Below the pieces are notes generated by a model that searched no databases, was not told the origin of the DNA, and worked only from the letters and a program-made list of their open reading frames with translations. A program made the translations under genes and the position numbers. A stretch of 42,399 bases of DNA from the NCBI GenBank assembly GCA_946404585.1, contig CAMJEC010000001.1, positions 1 to 42,399 on the forward strand, given 5' to 3'. Each line of letters opens with the position of its first letter. The stretch's first letter is position 1. Positions 1 to 11,900 of this stretch are shown piece by piece. Source of the stretch: an uncultured Bacillales bacterium (GTDB lineage Bacteria > Bacillota_I > Bacilli_A > RFN20 > CAG-826).

Positions 1-2
1 GT

Positions 3-791
3 ATCGCTGGTCCTTCTTCTTCTGGTAAGACCACATTCGCTAATAGATTAAGAATTGAATTATTATCTAGAGGTATTAAACCAATCCGTATTTCTATGGA
101 TGACTACTATTTACCAAGAGGTCAAGCACCATTAGATGAAGATGGTAAACCAGATTTAGAAAGCGCTGATGCCTTAGATATCGAATTATTTAACCAAAAC
201 CTCGCGGACTTAGTCGCTGGTTTAGAAGTTGAATGCCCAAGATATGACTTTAAAGCAGGTTGCCGCGCTAAAGAAGGTAGAAAGTTAATCGTTCCACAAG
301 ATCAACCAATCATCATTGAAGGTATCCATGCCTTAAATGAAAGATTAACCGCTTCTATTCCTGCTCACCAAAAATTCAAAATCTTTATTGCCCCACAATC
401 ACAAGTCAATATCGATAACCATAACCCAATGAGTTTAACCGATTTAAGACTTCTTAGAAGAATTGTGCGTGACCACCAATTCAGAAACGCTTCCGCTATT
501 TCTACTTTAGAGATGTGGCCAAGTGTTCGTAAAGGTGAATTCAAATGGATTTATCCTTCTCAAGAAGGCGCTAACTATGTCTTCAATTCATTCTCTAGTT
601 ATGAACTTAGTGTGATGAAGAAATACGCCATGCCATTACTTGAAGAAATCGATACTGAAAGTGAATACTTCCCAGTGGCGGAAAGATTAATTCGTATGCT
701 TAAATTCTTCGATGACTTAAGTGATAAATGGGTACCATGTAATTCCATTATCCGTGAATTCATCGGTGGCTCTTGTTATCAAGACGAATAG
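3..791 (+). CDS. Uridine kinase/phosphoribulokinase-family P-loop nucleoside kinase, 5' end cut by window edge
   Basis: The frame is open from nt 3. Translation starts IAGPSSSGKTTFANRL (Walker A) and runs into listed ORF 96..791 (IIIEGIHALNERL). Stop TAG at 789-791. Confidence 0.8.
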   Translation: MAGPSSSGKTTFANRLRIELLSRGIKPIRISMDDYYLPRGQAPLDEDGKPDLESADALDIELFNQNLADLVAGLEVECPRYDFKAGCRAKEGRKLIVPQDQPIIIEGIHALNERLTASIPAHQKFKIFIAPQSQVNIDNHNPMSLTDLRLLRRIVRDHQFRNASAISTLEMWPSVRKGEFKWIYPSQEGANYVFNSFSSYELSVMKKYAMPLLEEIDTESEYFPVAERLIRMLKFFDDLSDKWVPCNSIIREFIGGSCYQDE

Positions 792-810
792 AATAAATTA
801 CAAGTAATTT

Positions 811-837
811 AAAAGCTCCTTAATTGGAGCTTTTTTG
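811..837. terminator. Bidirectional intrinsic terminator between convergent genes
   Basis: The sequence is aaaAGCTCCttaattGGAGCTtttttt. A 6-bp stem is flanked by an A-run and a T-run. The stem overlaps the last codons of the minus-strand ORF. Confidence 0.6.
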
Positions 838-1953
838 ATTTCTATTTGTTTGGAATCTTTTAAACGTTTCCATTTCTCTTTTATGAATAATGACTAACTG
901 TGAATAATAGACTTTACGCATTTCTTCATATTGTTTCATTTGTACTTCACTCACACGTTTAGAGAAGAGTGAAACGAAGACTCTTTCTAAACGGAAGAAG
1001 CTTTCATAAAGACTTAACAAAGTCATGTAATAGAAATATTCTTTGTTGGAATAGATTAGTAAAGGCGTACTATGAATGATTTCACTAGATAATTCATATC
1101 TTTTGGAATACATTTCTAGACCTGCGAGTTTTTCTAAACCATCACGGAAATTGAGTTTGAAGTTAGGATCATCTTTATCAGCGATAAGATATAACCAACC
1201 ATATTCAATATATTTACGGATGTCTTTACTCTTAAGACCATATCCACGCATTTCTTCTTTCATTTCATAGAAGATTTTGTCTTGTTGTTCTTTATCAGGG
1301 ATAGTGTCATTAAACGCTAAACCGAAATTCATATGTCTTAAGTATTTATTGATGAGTGGCGCACCATATTTATCTAATAAGATAAGAGTGCATTCACATT
1401 CGTGAAGTGTTCTCCAAGAAGAGAAGGCTTCGGTTTCATAACCACTTAATAAATTCTCTAAGATACAACGCGATATCGTTAATGACTTCATAAGAAGGTC
1501 ACTAATAAGAGAAGATTGAGGATCATTTTTCTTATAGCCTTTAACAATATTAAGCATGAAGTTTAAATAAATATTTAAGGAAGAGGCTGGAGGAAGGAAA
1601 CGGTTACCAAGTTTCTTTTCGACATGGTTAAAAATGGATAAGGACAAGTATTTATCAGCGGCCACACTCGCCATAGAGGAAGGATATTCTTCGTTAGCTT
1701 TAAATCTAGCGAGTTCTGTTTCGTTAAGATGAGAGATTGAATAATAATACTCACCAACGCAATAAAGTAAGAGTTCAAATTGATTGATCTCTTTAACCTC
1801 TATTTGTACATTTTCTTGGTCCACTATTCCGATGAATTCGTTGGCCATTTCATAAACATCATAAATGTAATCAGGATCAAGTTCGACATTGACCTGAATA
1901 CCTTTTAGATAGTTAGTAACTTGCTCTTTACTCCAGATATTCTTAATTTCCAT
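820..1953 (-). CDS. Hypothetical protein (377 aa), no family recognised
   Basis: Long uninterrupted ORF and last gene of the tightly packed minus-strand array (9-nt spacer after glpK). Predicted helical, with no signal peptide or TM segment seen. Confidence 0.7.
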   Translation of the reverse strand: MEIKNIWSKEQVTNYLKGIQVNVELDPDYIYDVYEMANEFIGIVDQENVQIEVKEINQFELLLYCVGEYYYSISHLNETELARFKANEEYPSSMASVAADKYLSLSIFNHVEKKLGNRFLPPASSLNIYLNFMLNIVKGYKKNDPQSSLISDLLMKSLTISRCILENLLSGYETEAFSSWRTLHECECTLILLDKYGAPLINKYLRHMNFGLAFNDTIPDKEQQDKIFYEMKEEMRGYGLKSKDIRKYIEYGWLYLIADKDDPNFKLNFRDGLEKLAGLEMYSKRYELSSEIIHSTPLLIYSNKEYFYYMTLLSLYESFFRLERVFVSLFSKRVSEVQMKQYEEMRKVYYSQLVIIHKREMETFKRFQTNRNQKSSN

Positions 1954-1962
1954 TTTTAGTCC

Positions 1963-3432
1963 TTATTTAAACATTCTTGTGGCTTTAATAGCCGTTTTCC
2001 AGCCTTTATATAATTCTCTGATTTCTTTTTTACTCATTTGTGGTTCATAAATCGCTTGGTATTCATGAATCTTTTTAATACTTTCTAAGTTTGGATAGTA
2101 TCCACACTCTAGACCCGCCATATAGGCTGTGCCTAAAGCAGTTGTTTCTAAACACTTAGGAAGTTTAATTGTGGTATGTAAGATGTCGCTTTGGAACTGC
2201 ATGAGATATTTATTCTTAGTAGCCCCACCATCAACTTTAAGAACGCTGATTTTTTGTTCAGCATCTTTTTGCATGACTTCCATCACATCTTTACATTGAT
2301 AGGCGATAGCTTCTAAGCAGGCTCTGACAAATTGACTACGATTAGTGCCTCTTGTTAAACCAAAGACTGCGCCTCTAGCGTCGTCATCCCAGTATGGGGT
2401 TCCTAAACCAGTAAAAGCAGGGACAATATAAACACGTGAACGATGGCTCATTTGTGCAACCTTTTCACTATCACTAGCGTGTTCGATTAACTGCATTTCA
2501 TCTCTAATCCATTGGACAATCGCACCACCAATGAAGACAGAACCTTCTAAAGCATAGGTTACTTTGTTACCTATTTGCCAGGCAACTGTGGTTAATAAAC
2601 CTTTATTTGAGAAGACTGGTTTATCGCCAGTATTAACTAAAAGGAAGCAACCTGTACCATATGTATTTTTACTTTCACCACTTTCAAAACATGTTTGACC
2701 AAATAAAGCGGCTTGTTGGTCACCTAATACACCAGTGATATGCACATCACTCTTTAAGAAAGTCGCTTGACCATAGTCATAAGCACTTGGTCGAACTATT
2801 GGTAACATTGACATTGGGATATTAAACATTTGGCAAAGTTCTTCATCCCATTTCATATCATTGATATTAAATAATAATGTACGAGAGGCATTAGTGACAT
2901 CAGTCGCGTGAACTTTACCGCTTGTTAACTTATAAATAATCCATGAATCAATTGTGCCGAATAATAATTCACCAGACTCCGCGCGTTCTTGACCATTTTC
3001 AAGATGGTCTAAGATGAATCTCACTTTAGAAGCGGAGAAATATGGATTGATAATTAAGCCAGTCTTTTGATGGATGAGTTCTTTTTCTTTAGAAAACTTA
3101 TCGCAAATATCTGCGGATTGTCTGGACTGCCACACTATCGCATTATAGACTGGCATACCAGTTTTCTTTGACCACACTACTGTGGTTTCTCTTTGGTTAG
3201 TTAAACCAATAGTGGCGACATCATCGATGGTCATATTAGCTTTAATCAAGACTTCGTTAATGACATCCATGACTGAAACCCAGATGGCTAATGCATCTGC
3301 TTCGACCCAGCCAGAATGTGGGAATAAACAAGTTACTTCTCTTTGGGCAATTTGGATTGGTTTACCAGTATTATCAAAAAGAATTGCTCTTGAACTTGTT
3401 GTGCCTTGATCAATTGCTAAAATGTACTTCAT
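1963..3432 (-). CDS. glpK: Glycerol kinase
   Basis: MKYILAIDQGTTSSRAILFD is the hallmark N-terminus, and the ~490 aa length is FGGY-family. I chose the ATG at 3432, which is preceded by AAGAGG. The listed ORF extends to 3471 and would overlap the upstream gene. Confidence 0.95.
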   Translation of the reverse strand: MKYILAIDQGTTSSRAILFDNTGKPIQIAQREVTCLFPHSGWVEADALAIWVSVMDVINEVLIKANMTIDDVATIGLTNQRETTVVWSKKTGMPVYNAIVWQSRQSADICDKFSKEKELIHQKTGLIINPYFSASKVRFILDHLENGQERAESGELLFGTIDSWIIYKLTSGKVHATDVTNASRTLLFNINDMKWDEELCQMFNIPMSMLPIVRPSAYDYGQATFLKSDVHITGVLGDQQAALFGQTCFESGESKNTYGTGCFLLVNTGDKPVFSNKGLLTTVAWQIGNKVTYALEGSVFIGGAIVQWIRDEMQLIEHASDSEKVAQMSHRSRVYIVPAFTGLGTPYWDDDARGAVFGLTRGTNRSQFVRACLEAIAYQCKDVMEVMQKDAEQKISVLKVDGGATKNKYLMQFQSDILHTTIKLPKCLETTALGTAYMAGLECGYYPNLESIKKIHEYQAIYEPQMSKKEIRELYKGWKTAIKATRMFK

Positions 3433-3436
3433 CTTT

Positions 3437-4687
3437 TTAACCTCTTGTGGCCATGAGTCTTTCGACTTCATCCATTTCTTTAACGATGTTTTTACTTAAG
3501 ACGATGGAGCCGTTATCACTGACTAAAACATCATCTTCAATACGGACACCGACACCGTATTTAGCGAAATATAAACCTGGTTCAACAGTGATGACATTAC
3601 CATTTTGTAATGGCTTTTCTCTTAAAGAGATATCATGTGTATCTAAACCAAGGTGATGAGAAACATTATGGTAATAATAATTACGGATATCATCATTCAT
3701 ATCCATTAAACCAGAATTGATACATTGTTTCCTTAAGTATTCGGTAGCGAATTCTTGTAAGTCTTTAATAGTAAGACCTGGTTTAATCATTTGAATAACG
3801 GCTTTATTACAGTTTAACACAGCTTCATAGATTTTAGCTTGTACACCTTCAAATTTGCCATTCACTGGGAAAGTACGAGAAATATCCGCACTATAGCCGT
3901 TATGTTCATAACCTAAGTCAAATAGGATTAAATCATTTTCTCTAACAGTATCGTTTTGAGATGGGTAATGTAAACATGTCGCGTTTTTACCTGAAGCGAT
4001 AATTGTATCGAATGCTAAACCACTTCTATCGTGTAAACGACCATATAATTCAAAATAATCAGCAAGCTCATGTTCTTTCATACCCACTTTTAATTTGCTA
4101 ATCGCGTAAGCAATACCGTTATTGGTCTTTTCAATAGCCTTGACCATATTTTCAATTTCTTCTGAAGATTTGACCATTCTTAAATCTCTTAAGATTGGAT
4201 AGCTATCAACGATTTCTTTTTGATAATCAAGTTGTAACTTGACCATTAAATCATTCATAAACATCCCATCTTTAAGCTTTTGTTCTGGGGAAGTTAAATC
4301 TAAATATAAGCAATCAATTTCGCCATATTGTTGTTTAGTAATGGCTAAATTGAGCATAGTTTCTAAATTATCAGATGTATAAACGTTTTTAAGACCGCTT
4401 ATTAAGCTCGCGGCTTCTGGAGTTAAACGTTTACCAGTCCATTTTTCTTTAAGTTCGCTATATGGATCAATGAACAAATAGGCTTTTCTTTCGCCTAATG
4501 TTTTGATAAGCATAAGCGCACTGTGTTCTTGCTTAATACCTGTAAGGTAGAAGAAGTTTTTATTACAGACAAATGGTAAAGCTTCATCTTCACTAGCGAT
4601 TTTACTAACACCAGAAAAGAAAATAGCGACACTATTGTCTTTCATTTGATCAAAAAGTTTTTTACGACGTGTATCTAACTCTAACAT
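3437..4687 (-). CDS. Xaa-Pro aminopeptidase (M24B family)
   Basis: Motifs HNVSHHLGLDTHD, GNVITVEPGLY and GVRIEDDVLV are typical of M24B metal-binding residues. Confidence 0.9.
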   Translation of the reverse strand: MLELDTRRKKLFDQMKDNSVAIFFSGVSKIASEDEALPFVCNKNFFYLTGIKQEHSALMLIKTLGERKAYLFIDPYSELKEKWTGKRLTPEAASLISGLKNVYTSDNLETMLNLAITKQQYGEIDCLYLDLTSPEQKLKDGMFMNDLMVKLQLDYQKEIVDSYPILRDLRMVKSSEEIENMVKAIEKTNNGIAYAISKLKVGMKEHELADYFELYGRLHDRSGLAFDTIIASGKNATCLHYPSQNDTVRENDLILFDLGYEHNGYSADISRTFPVNGKFEGVQAKIYEAVLNCNKAVIQMIKPGLTIKDLQEFATEYLRKQCINSGLMDMNDDIRNYYYHNVSHHLGLDTHDISLREKPLQNGNVITVEPGLYFAKYGVGVRIEDDVLVSDNGSIVLSKNIVKEMDEVERLMATRG

Positions 4688-4689
4688 AA

Positions 4690-5505
4690 TTACTCTCCTT
4701 TAATTGCATCAATAATGCTTTGCATTTCTGGAAGGGAAATCTTTTCAATTTCACCTTTATCCATTAAAGCGGTGTTATCACTATTAAGTGGTAATTTACC
4801 TAAAATATTGAATTTCATTTCTTTAGCGAATTCTTCTAAATGAGATTCACCAAATAATGGAATCTTTTCTTCACATTTTGGACAGACTAGATATGACATA
4901 TTCTCGACGACACCCAAAACATGGATGTTCATCATTTCCGCCATCTTGATGGCTTTAGTGACGATTAATGAGACTAAGTCTTGTGGAGATGTGACGATGA
5001 TTAAATCATCGATTGGAAGGCTTTGGAATGTGGTTAAAGCCACATCACCTGTGCCTGGAGGCATATCAATTAATAAAACATCTAATTCGCCCCACATCAC
5101 TTGTTCAAAGAACTGTTTAACAAGATTACCTAATAATGGTCCTCTCCAGATGATTGGTTCTTTTTCATCTTCTAAAAGAAGATTAGCACTCATCACTTCA
5201 ATACCACCTGCGGTTTTACATGGATAGATTAATCCATTTTCACCATAGGCTTTTTCCTTCACACCAAAGGCTTTAGGAATACTTGGACCAGTGATATCAG
5301 CGTCTAAGATACCAACCTTTAAGCCGTTTCTATTTAAATAAGCGGCGATAGATGAGGTGACAAATGATTTACCAACCCCACCTTTACCAGATAAAACACC
5401 AATGATTCTTTTGATGTTTGAAAATTCGTTTGGTTTGCTTTTAACAATACGTTCACCGCAGCCTTCAACGCTACAGTGTTCGCAGTTACCATCACAATTT
5501 GCCAT
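4690..5505 (-). CDS. mrp: Mrp/ApbC/NBP35-family Fe-S cluster carrier ATPase
   Basis: Deviant Walker A GVLSGKGGVGKS and a Cys-rich N-terminus (CDGNCEHCSVEGC), plus CPKC. Confidence 0.9.
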   Translation of the reverse strand: MANCDGNCEHCSVEGCGERIVKSKPNEFSNIKRIIGVLSGKGGVGKSFVTSSIAAYLNRNGLKVGILDADITGPSIPKAFGVKEKAYGENGLIYPCKTAGGIEVMSANLLLEDEKEPIIWRGPLLGNLVKQFFEQVMWGELDVLLIDMPPGTGDVALTTFQSLPIDDLIIVTSPQDLVSLIVTKAIKMAEMMNIHVLGVVENMSYLVCPKCEEKIPLFGESHLEEFAKEMKFNILGKLPLNSDNTALMDKGEIEKISLPEMQSIIDAIKGE

Positions 5506-5512
5506 AATGCTG

Positions 5513-5899
5513 TTACCTTTCTAAAGCGATTAACTCGCTACTATTGATGACATCAACACCCGCTTGTAAGTAAGTTCTAAGTAATCTAGAAGCACCAAGA
5601 AGTGTGCCTCCAAAATACCTGACCACTAATAAGGCGACATTGTTAATGTCTTTTTTGTAAAGTAAATCTAATAATGGATGACCAGCGGTACCCTTAGGTT
5701 CCCCATCATCACAAGATTTACTTTTCATACCGACGCGATATGCATAGACGATATGACGCGCCTTTTTGTGTTCTTTTCGAAGAGCGGCCAAGATTGGCTT
5801 AAATTTCTCTTCGTTATCTAAGGGAAGTAAATAAGCAATGAATTTGCTTTTCATTACTTCGATTTGATTAATGTGTTGTTCCTTAACAGTGCTTGCCAT
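5513..5899 (-). CDS. YigZ/IMPACT-family (UPF0029) protein, N-terminal domain only
   Basis: Motifs DDGEPKGTAGHPLL and VVRYFGGTLLG. 128 aa. Confidence 0.85.
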   Translation of the reverse strand: MASTVKEQHINQIEVMKSKFIAYLLPLDNEEKFKPILAALRKEHKKARHIVYAYRVGMKSKSCDDGEPKGTAGHPLLDLLYKKDINNVALLVVRYFGGTLLGASRLLRTYLQAGVDVINSSELIALER

Positions 5900-5901
5900 A
5901 A

Positions 5902-8900
5902 TTAAATTACGATTGTCGCTCCATCAAGGAAGTTAGCGATTCTTTCGCCATATTCTTTAAAGCAGAAAGTATTGCTATAAATGTTATTAGAAACGCTTGG
6001 ATCTTTGCTTGTTTCATCAACTGGAACAAATTGTTCACCAGCGTTAGTAATCGCAGGATTACGTAAAGCCTTTAGGTACTGATGCGCTTCAGTGAGATAT
6101 AAGGCTTGGGCCATATGGGCATTCTTACCTGGCTCTTCGCCCATCATTGCAAACTTAATTCTGATTTGTTCGCGGTTTGCTTGCATTGAGCTTGGTGTGG
6201 CGCCTGCGCCGATATAATCAAGAGCGTCAAGCATACCTTCTAAACCGTTTCTTTCGATGACATTGAGTTCACTATAATCATCTAATGTTAATGAAGAAGC
6301 ATCATCATTACCAAAGCTAAATGTCACATATTGATAAGTTGGCTTAGTATCAAGTTTAGTGTATTGATTTTCTAAGATGTTATTAAATAAGCCAGAGATA
6401 AATTCACTTGTAATAGCGGAACGCTTATAGAGGCTTGGATCAGTTTCATTAGTGGCGTTATAAGCGCTTTCAACGATACCTAAGATTAAGCCTTTCTTAG
6501 ACTTAATTGTGTTAACGTTGTTATCGTTAAATGTTGAAGCATTGATTTGACCATCCGTTAAGTCCACGAGTGTCTTTAAGCCTTTGGCTTCGATTTGATA
6601 AGTGATATCGTTTTCACTATCAAAATAGTTTTCCATATGGACGATTGTTGATAAGGTGGAAATCTTATCTAAGGCTGATTTAGCAGGTGTTAATTTATCA
6701 GCATCTCTAGCAATATAAGCGGATAAATCAGTACCTAAGGAGTTATAAAGCATAATACCTTGAGCGGAGACGTTATGACCTTCAACAACGTTATACTGTT
6801 TATAAGTACCACTTTGTGAAGTGTTAAAAATATGTGACTTATAAATAAATTTCAATAAGCCAGTGACCTTAGCTTCGCCATCGGTGCCTTTAGCAAAGTC
6901 AGTCATATTATTCATATTTGTGTGATATGTTTCAGTACCTTCGTTATAAAGGATATTCATCACTTGATAGATGTTATCGATTTCACTGCCTTCTGGGGAT
7001 GTAGCGGTAGCCCCACCATAAACGGCTTGACCCAAACGATAATAGGCATAGTTAACATCGTTATAAGAAGTTAAGGTACCTAAGTTAATAGAAGCAAAAC
7101 CATCTTTGATGAATTTTGGTAAAGCATCCGCAAGGATATCGGAACTATTAACTGCGGTTAAGATATTCTTGATTTGTGTTGGTGATAATTTATCAAGTTC
7201 AAAACTAGAGACATCTAAAGATGAACCTGTGCCCATATCCGCAGCGGTATTAGCAAGATTCATAATGGAATCAATTTCTTGATACCAGGCTGAGCCTTGT
7301 GCTGTGTGATAGACATTAGAGGAAATGCCTGTATCATCCGCTTTAGTGATTTCTTTAATACGAGCGGTTAACTTATTAGAGGCACTACCATAGGTAGATA
7401 CATCTAATTCATAAGAGTTATCATAAGCAAAGTCATCTAATTTAACGAATGAACAAATCTTACTCACTAATTCTTCAAATAAGGTATAACCATTATCAAA
7501 TTTATTGGTGTAGTAAGAAGCACCATCAATATTTCTAGCAGGAGTATGGAATAAGTTAGAATCATGCATATCATAGAGCACACTCTTTAAGGCACCACCA
7601 GTACCAGTTAAGGTCTTTAAGACTGTTGGATCAGACATTTCTTTACCATTAAGTTGATTATTGAATTCTTGATAATCAGTTAATAAGGAAATGATGCTAG
7701 AGATATCGGTTGATAAGTATCTAGCGCTATAGTCCACACTGCTTCTCTTGACAGTATCATTAAAGTAATAATGATAGAATGGGTCCACTCTATTAAATTC
7801 AACAGATTGACCACCATTAGTGATATTTAACTGATTGTTTTCCACGAAGATGTTATAGATGGAGTTAGGCAAGCAGTCATATAGTAAACTGGAACTATTA
7901 AGTCTATTGAATAATGTTTCAATAATATCGATATTATCGTTATTGTTCATATCCGCTTGGTTAATGGCGGTTGTGGCGTTACCGTCCTTATCTTTTAAGG
8001 AATATAAGGAATCAACACAGTCCATGAGAGTATTAATTTCATTAACTTGTTTATTTCTTTGTTCGTTAAAGTTATAAGCACCATCATTAATTTGCTTATC
8101 AGTTAAGAAGGTGGATGTGACAAGATATTCAATCTTACCTTCCTTAGTTGTGTAATTTGTGGCGTTCGCGTCTTTAGGGGATTTTTCACCTAAATAGATG
8201 ACATCCTTCACACTACTTTGTGAAAGCATGGAATTAAATAAACCTTGGAAGGTAGTTAAACTATTAACTTTACCTGAGCCAGAACGATGGAAGACATAAG
8301 AACTGTTGAAGTCAATAATGGCCTCTTTCATCTTATTTAAGAAGTCACCTTGATTCATCTTAGAATAATCAAAGTCACTACCGTTGATAACACCATTAGC
8401 TTTGGCTTCATCAAGAACACGGTAGAAGCCCATTAATTTATCAATTTCTGCTTGTCTATTAGGACGACCGTTAGTGAAGTCCATAATTGGACATTCCCCA
8501 TCGACGATATAAATGTTATAAGAGGATGCAGTGTTAAAAGCACTATAACCTGTTAATAAGTTTTCATCAGCGATACGGTAGAAGTTATATAAACAAATAC
8601 GTAAGGAACTTGTTTCATTAATTGATGTTAATAAACCATCAAGTACAGGAATTGGTAATTTATTTAAAGGAATTTGTGTACCAGCATCTGGACCAGAGCT
8701 TCTCTTTTCCATAACGCGTAATGCATAGCATAAGAATTTACAGACACGAGAGATTTCATCTACTTCAAAGACATCATTATAATCGGCGATGAAATCATCA
8801 CTCGCAAAATAAGCATTCCAATCATTAGCAGCATAAGAACCAGTTAAGTCCGCTTCATGAGCGGTTAAGAAGGCCGCTTGTTTAGCTATGAAGTTAGTGT

Positions 8901-11900
8901 AATCACACCAATCAGTTGGTAATGATTCATCAGTGTTAGCTTTACCATTAAGATAGACAAAGTCACGATAGGCAATCATATGGGTATCGACTTGTGTACC
9001 ATCTGGATTATATTTAGCGGTATATTCTTCAAAATATTGGTCAGCGTTAGGATTACCTGGCTTAATACCCCAACTATCTTTCCAACTCCAAGAAGCATTT
9101 TCTCCTGGTTTTGGATCAGCGAGTAAATCGTATTCATTAGCGTTTACAGTGAACTTCACCATTGCATCACTAATCTTTTGATAGAACCAAGCACCAAATT
9201 GATAATGGTTGATACCGTTTTCATCAACATAGGTATAAATACCACTATGTGATAATGAGTGGAGCATATAGTTAAGTTCAACGATGTCGTGGAGTGTGGA
9301 AATATCAAAGTTAGTTAAGAAGTCTTTAGCCTGACTATCATCAGCTGGAGTGAGATTAATTAAAGAACCTAACAAGTTAGCAATGTTTTGGCCTTCTTCC
9401 GCCCAGTCTAAAATGTTAGAGAACGAGACATTAGTGCCTGTATCAATCAAGAAACCACTTAAAGCATCGCCAAACATGTTGTCTAGGAATGGTCCTAATG
9501 AGGTTTTAAAGATATATGATTCATTAACGAGTTCGAAGAGTTTTGGTAAGCCAACTTTTCCTTCGCCCTCTTCTTTTAAGTTAGTTAAAGATGTTCTAGA
9601 TAAGCCATTAGCGAACATATCCGCAGCTTTTAAAACATCATGAGTGGCGATGTATTTAATGATATTACCGATAGCTTGGAATTCACCGTTACTACCAGTC
9701 CAACCATGATATGTTTCAACTTCTCTCATTCTTTCTCTAGTCACAGTTAAGCCAATGCTAGAAGTCATATTAAAGACAAATCCTAAAATACCATATAGGT
9801 TTTCATTCTTTTCATACCAATCACCTGGTTCTGGCTCTGGATTAATAATTGGGTTAGTGAATAAGGCACTTAAGATATTAACGAAAGCATCCACGAGTGT
9901 TTCATCTTTAAATTGATCCATTAAGTTATCACTATTACCGGATTCAACAACACTATAGATTCTGCCTAAGTCATCCCAGCTATCTAGTAAGCTACTAAAG
10001 TCACCAAAGAACGAACGATGTTCTTCATCTTTCTTCATATCTTTGTTGATTGCACTAACAATAACATCAGTATTAATACCGAAATCGTTAAGGTTACTTG
10101 CGATACTTGGATCCGCAATAAATGTTTTAACGATTGGAACAATCGCAGAATAAATCAATGAGGATTTACTCATCTTAGCAATGGCTTGTTGCAAGTAATT
10201 AATATGAGTCTTTTCAATGGTGAAGATTTTACCTTCTTCCCTCATTAAGGAATTAAGGCCATTAGGCGCACTGAAAGCTTCCACGAGCTCAACGTCTTTA
10301 CCTAATGTGGCAACGACATCTAAGATTGAATGGAATTCTTTCTTATAGTTAACAAGGACTTTACCGATATTTAGTTTTTGCACGGCTTTACCGAAATCAG
10401 AAATATCTTCACTAGAAATCTTGCCATCAAATTGATCCATCATTGGCAAATCAAATAGTTGACCAAGAATACGTGGCAAGGCCTTTTCAAAGAGCATCAT
10501 ATCGAATAAGCAATAGTTTTTACCTTCCAGACGTTTGCCATTTTTAAAGACAATGGTACGTCCTGAACTATCGACATCAATAAGTTCACCCGCAGTATTC
10601 ATCTTACCGACGATTAAATCGCAGAAATCATCAGCGTGTTCAGAGATGATTTGTTCAAGTTTTTTAACTTCTTGACCTTCCTCTGGGATATATGTACCCG
10701 CTTTAATAAGGACGGCTTTTAAGAAGTCACGATCAATAGTTGCTGTTTTATGTAAGAAATCAAATAAGACATAGCATTCATAGCCCCATTTGAATTCACA
10801 AATTTCATCCCAAGATAATGGTAAATATTTTTCCATATCGCCATTGTCGTTTACGGACTTGAAATAGGTGATAAGAGTAGGAACAATACGGGCTAAGAGT
10901 TTGGAATTATCGAGCGTTCTAAATATATTTAGTACTTCATCAAAGTTTGGTTTATTAATGATTTCGTCAATAAAGTCGACGACATCTTGACCACCAAATG
11001 AGCGGAATTCTCGATGGCCTGTTTCATCAGCAACCATTACTGAATCCATAACACCACTATCGAATAAGGCATCAATCATTTCTTGGACATTACTAAGTTC
11101 GTTTTTCCATTCCACATCGCTTAGGTCTAATAAACGAGTTGGAATATAGCCTTCAAGAATGTTGCTATTTAAAACAATATCAACCGCTAAAGGAAGAATG
11201 GTTGTTAAGAGTTCGGATTTAGTTAAAGCGGAGAATGTTGAATCGACAATTTCTCTGGTGATTAACTTTGTGTAATCATAAGTAACTTGGCCGCTTTCGT
11301 TGGTGATGCCAGAAATAGCGTTCACTAAAATGCTAGAAGCATTAGAGAATTCTTTTAATAAACTAATGGACACATCTTCGCTAATACCTGTGGTAAAGGT
11401 GGAGAAGAATTTGGTATCAAAAGTCATACCATTTTCATCAGCGGTCCAGTTGAATAAGATTTTAGCGAATAATGAGTTATTATAAGCATCAACAAAGTTA
11501 CCAACATTCATGACGATTTCATTATCTGAATTTGGTTTATTCTTTTGATAGGATTGATTGAGTGTATTAACTAAAGATGTTAGAGGTGTGAAGAATAAGG
11601 CAGTAGTTACTACAAAAGTAACCGCTGTTTCTATAGCGCCTAACCATCTAACTTTAACTGTGGTTCTCACAAACTTAGGTATGAGATGTTGACCAATGGC
11701 ATACCAAGTAATGAATGAGAAAAGATTACCAAAGATAAGGATTAAGATGATATCAACGATAAATAAGACAATCTTAATAGCGGATTCTGCGATAGCAAAA
11801 GCAAAGTTAGTTAAGCTACTTGATGAAGCAGAAACGTCATAGACAAAGTATAAACCTTTGACGAATTCTGCGGCGGTTTCTTTAACAGTGGTAACTGGAA

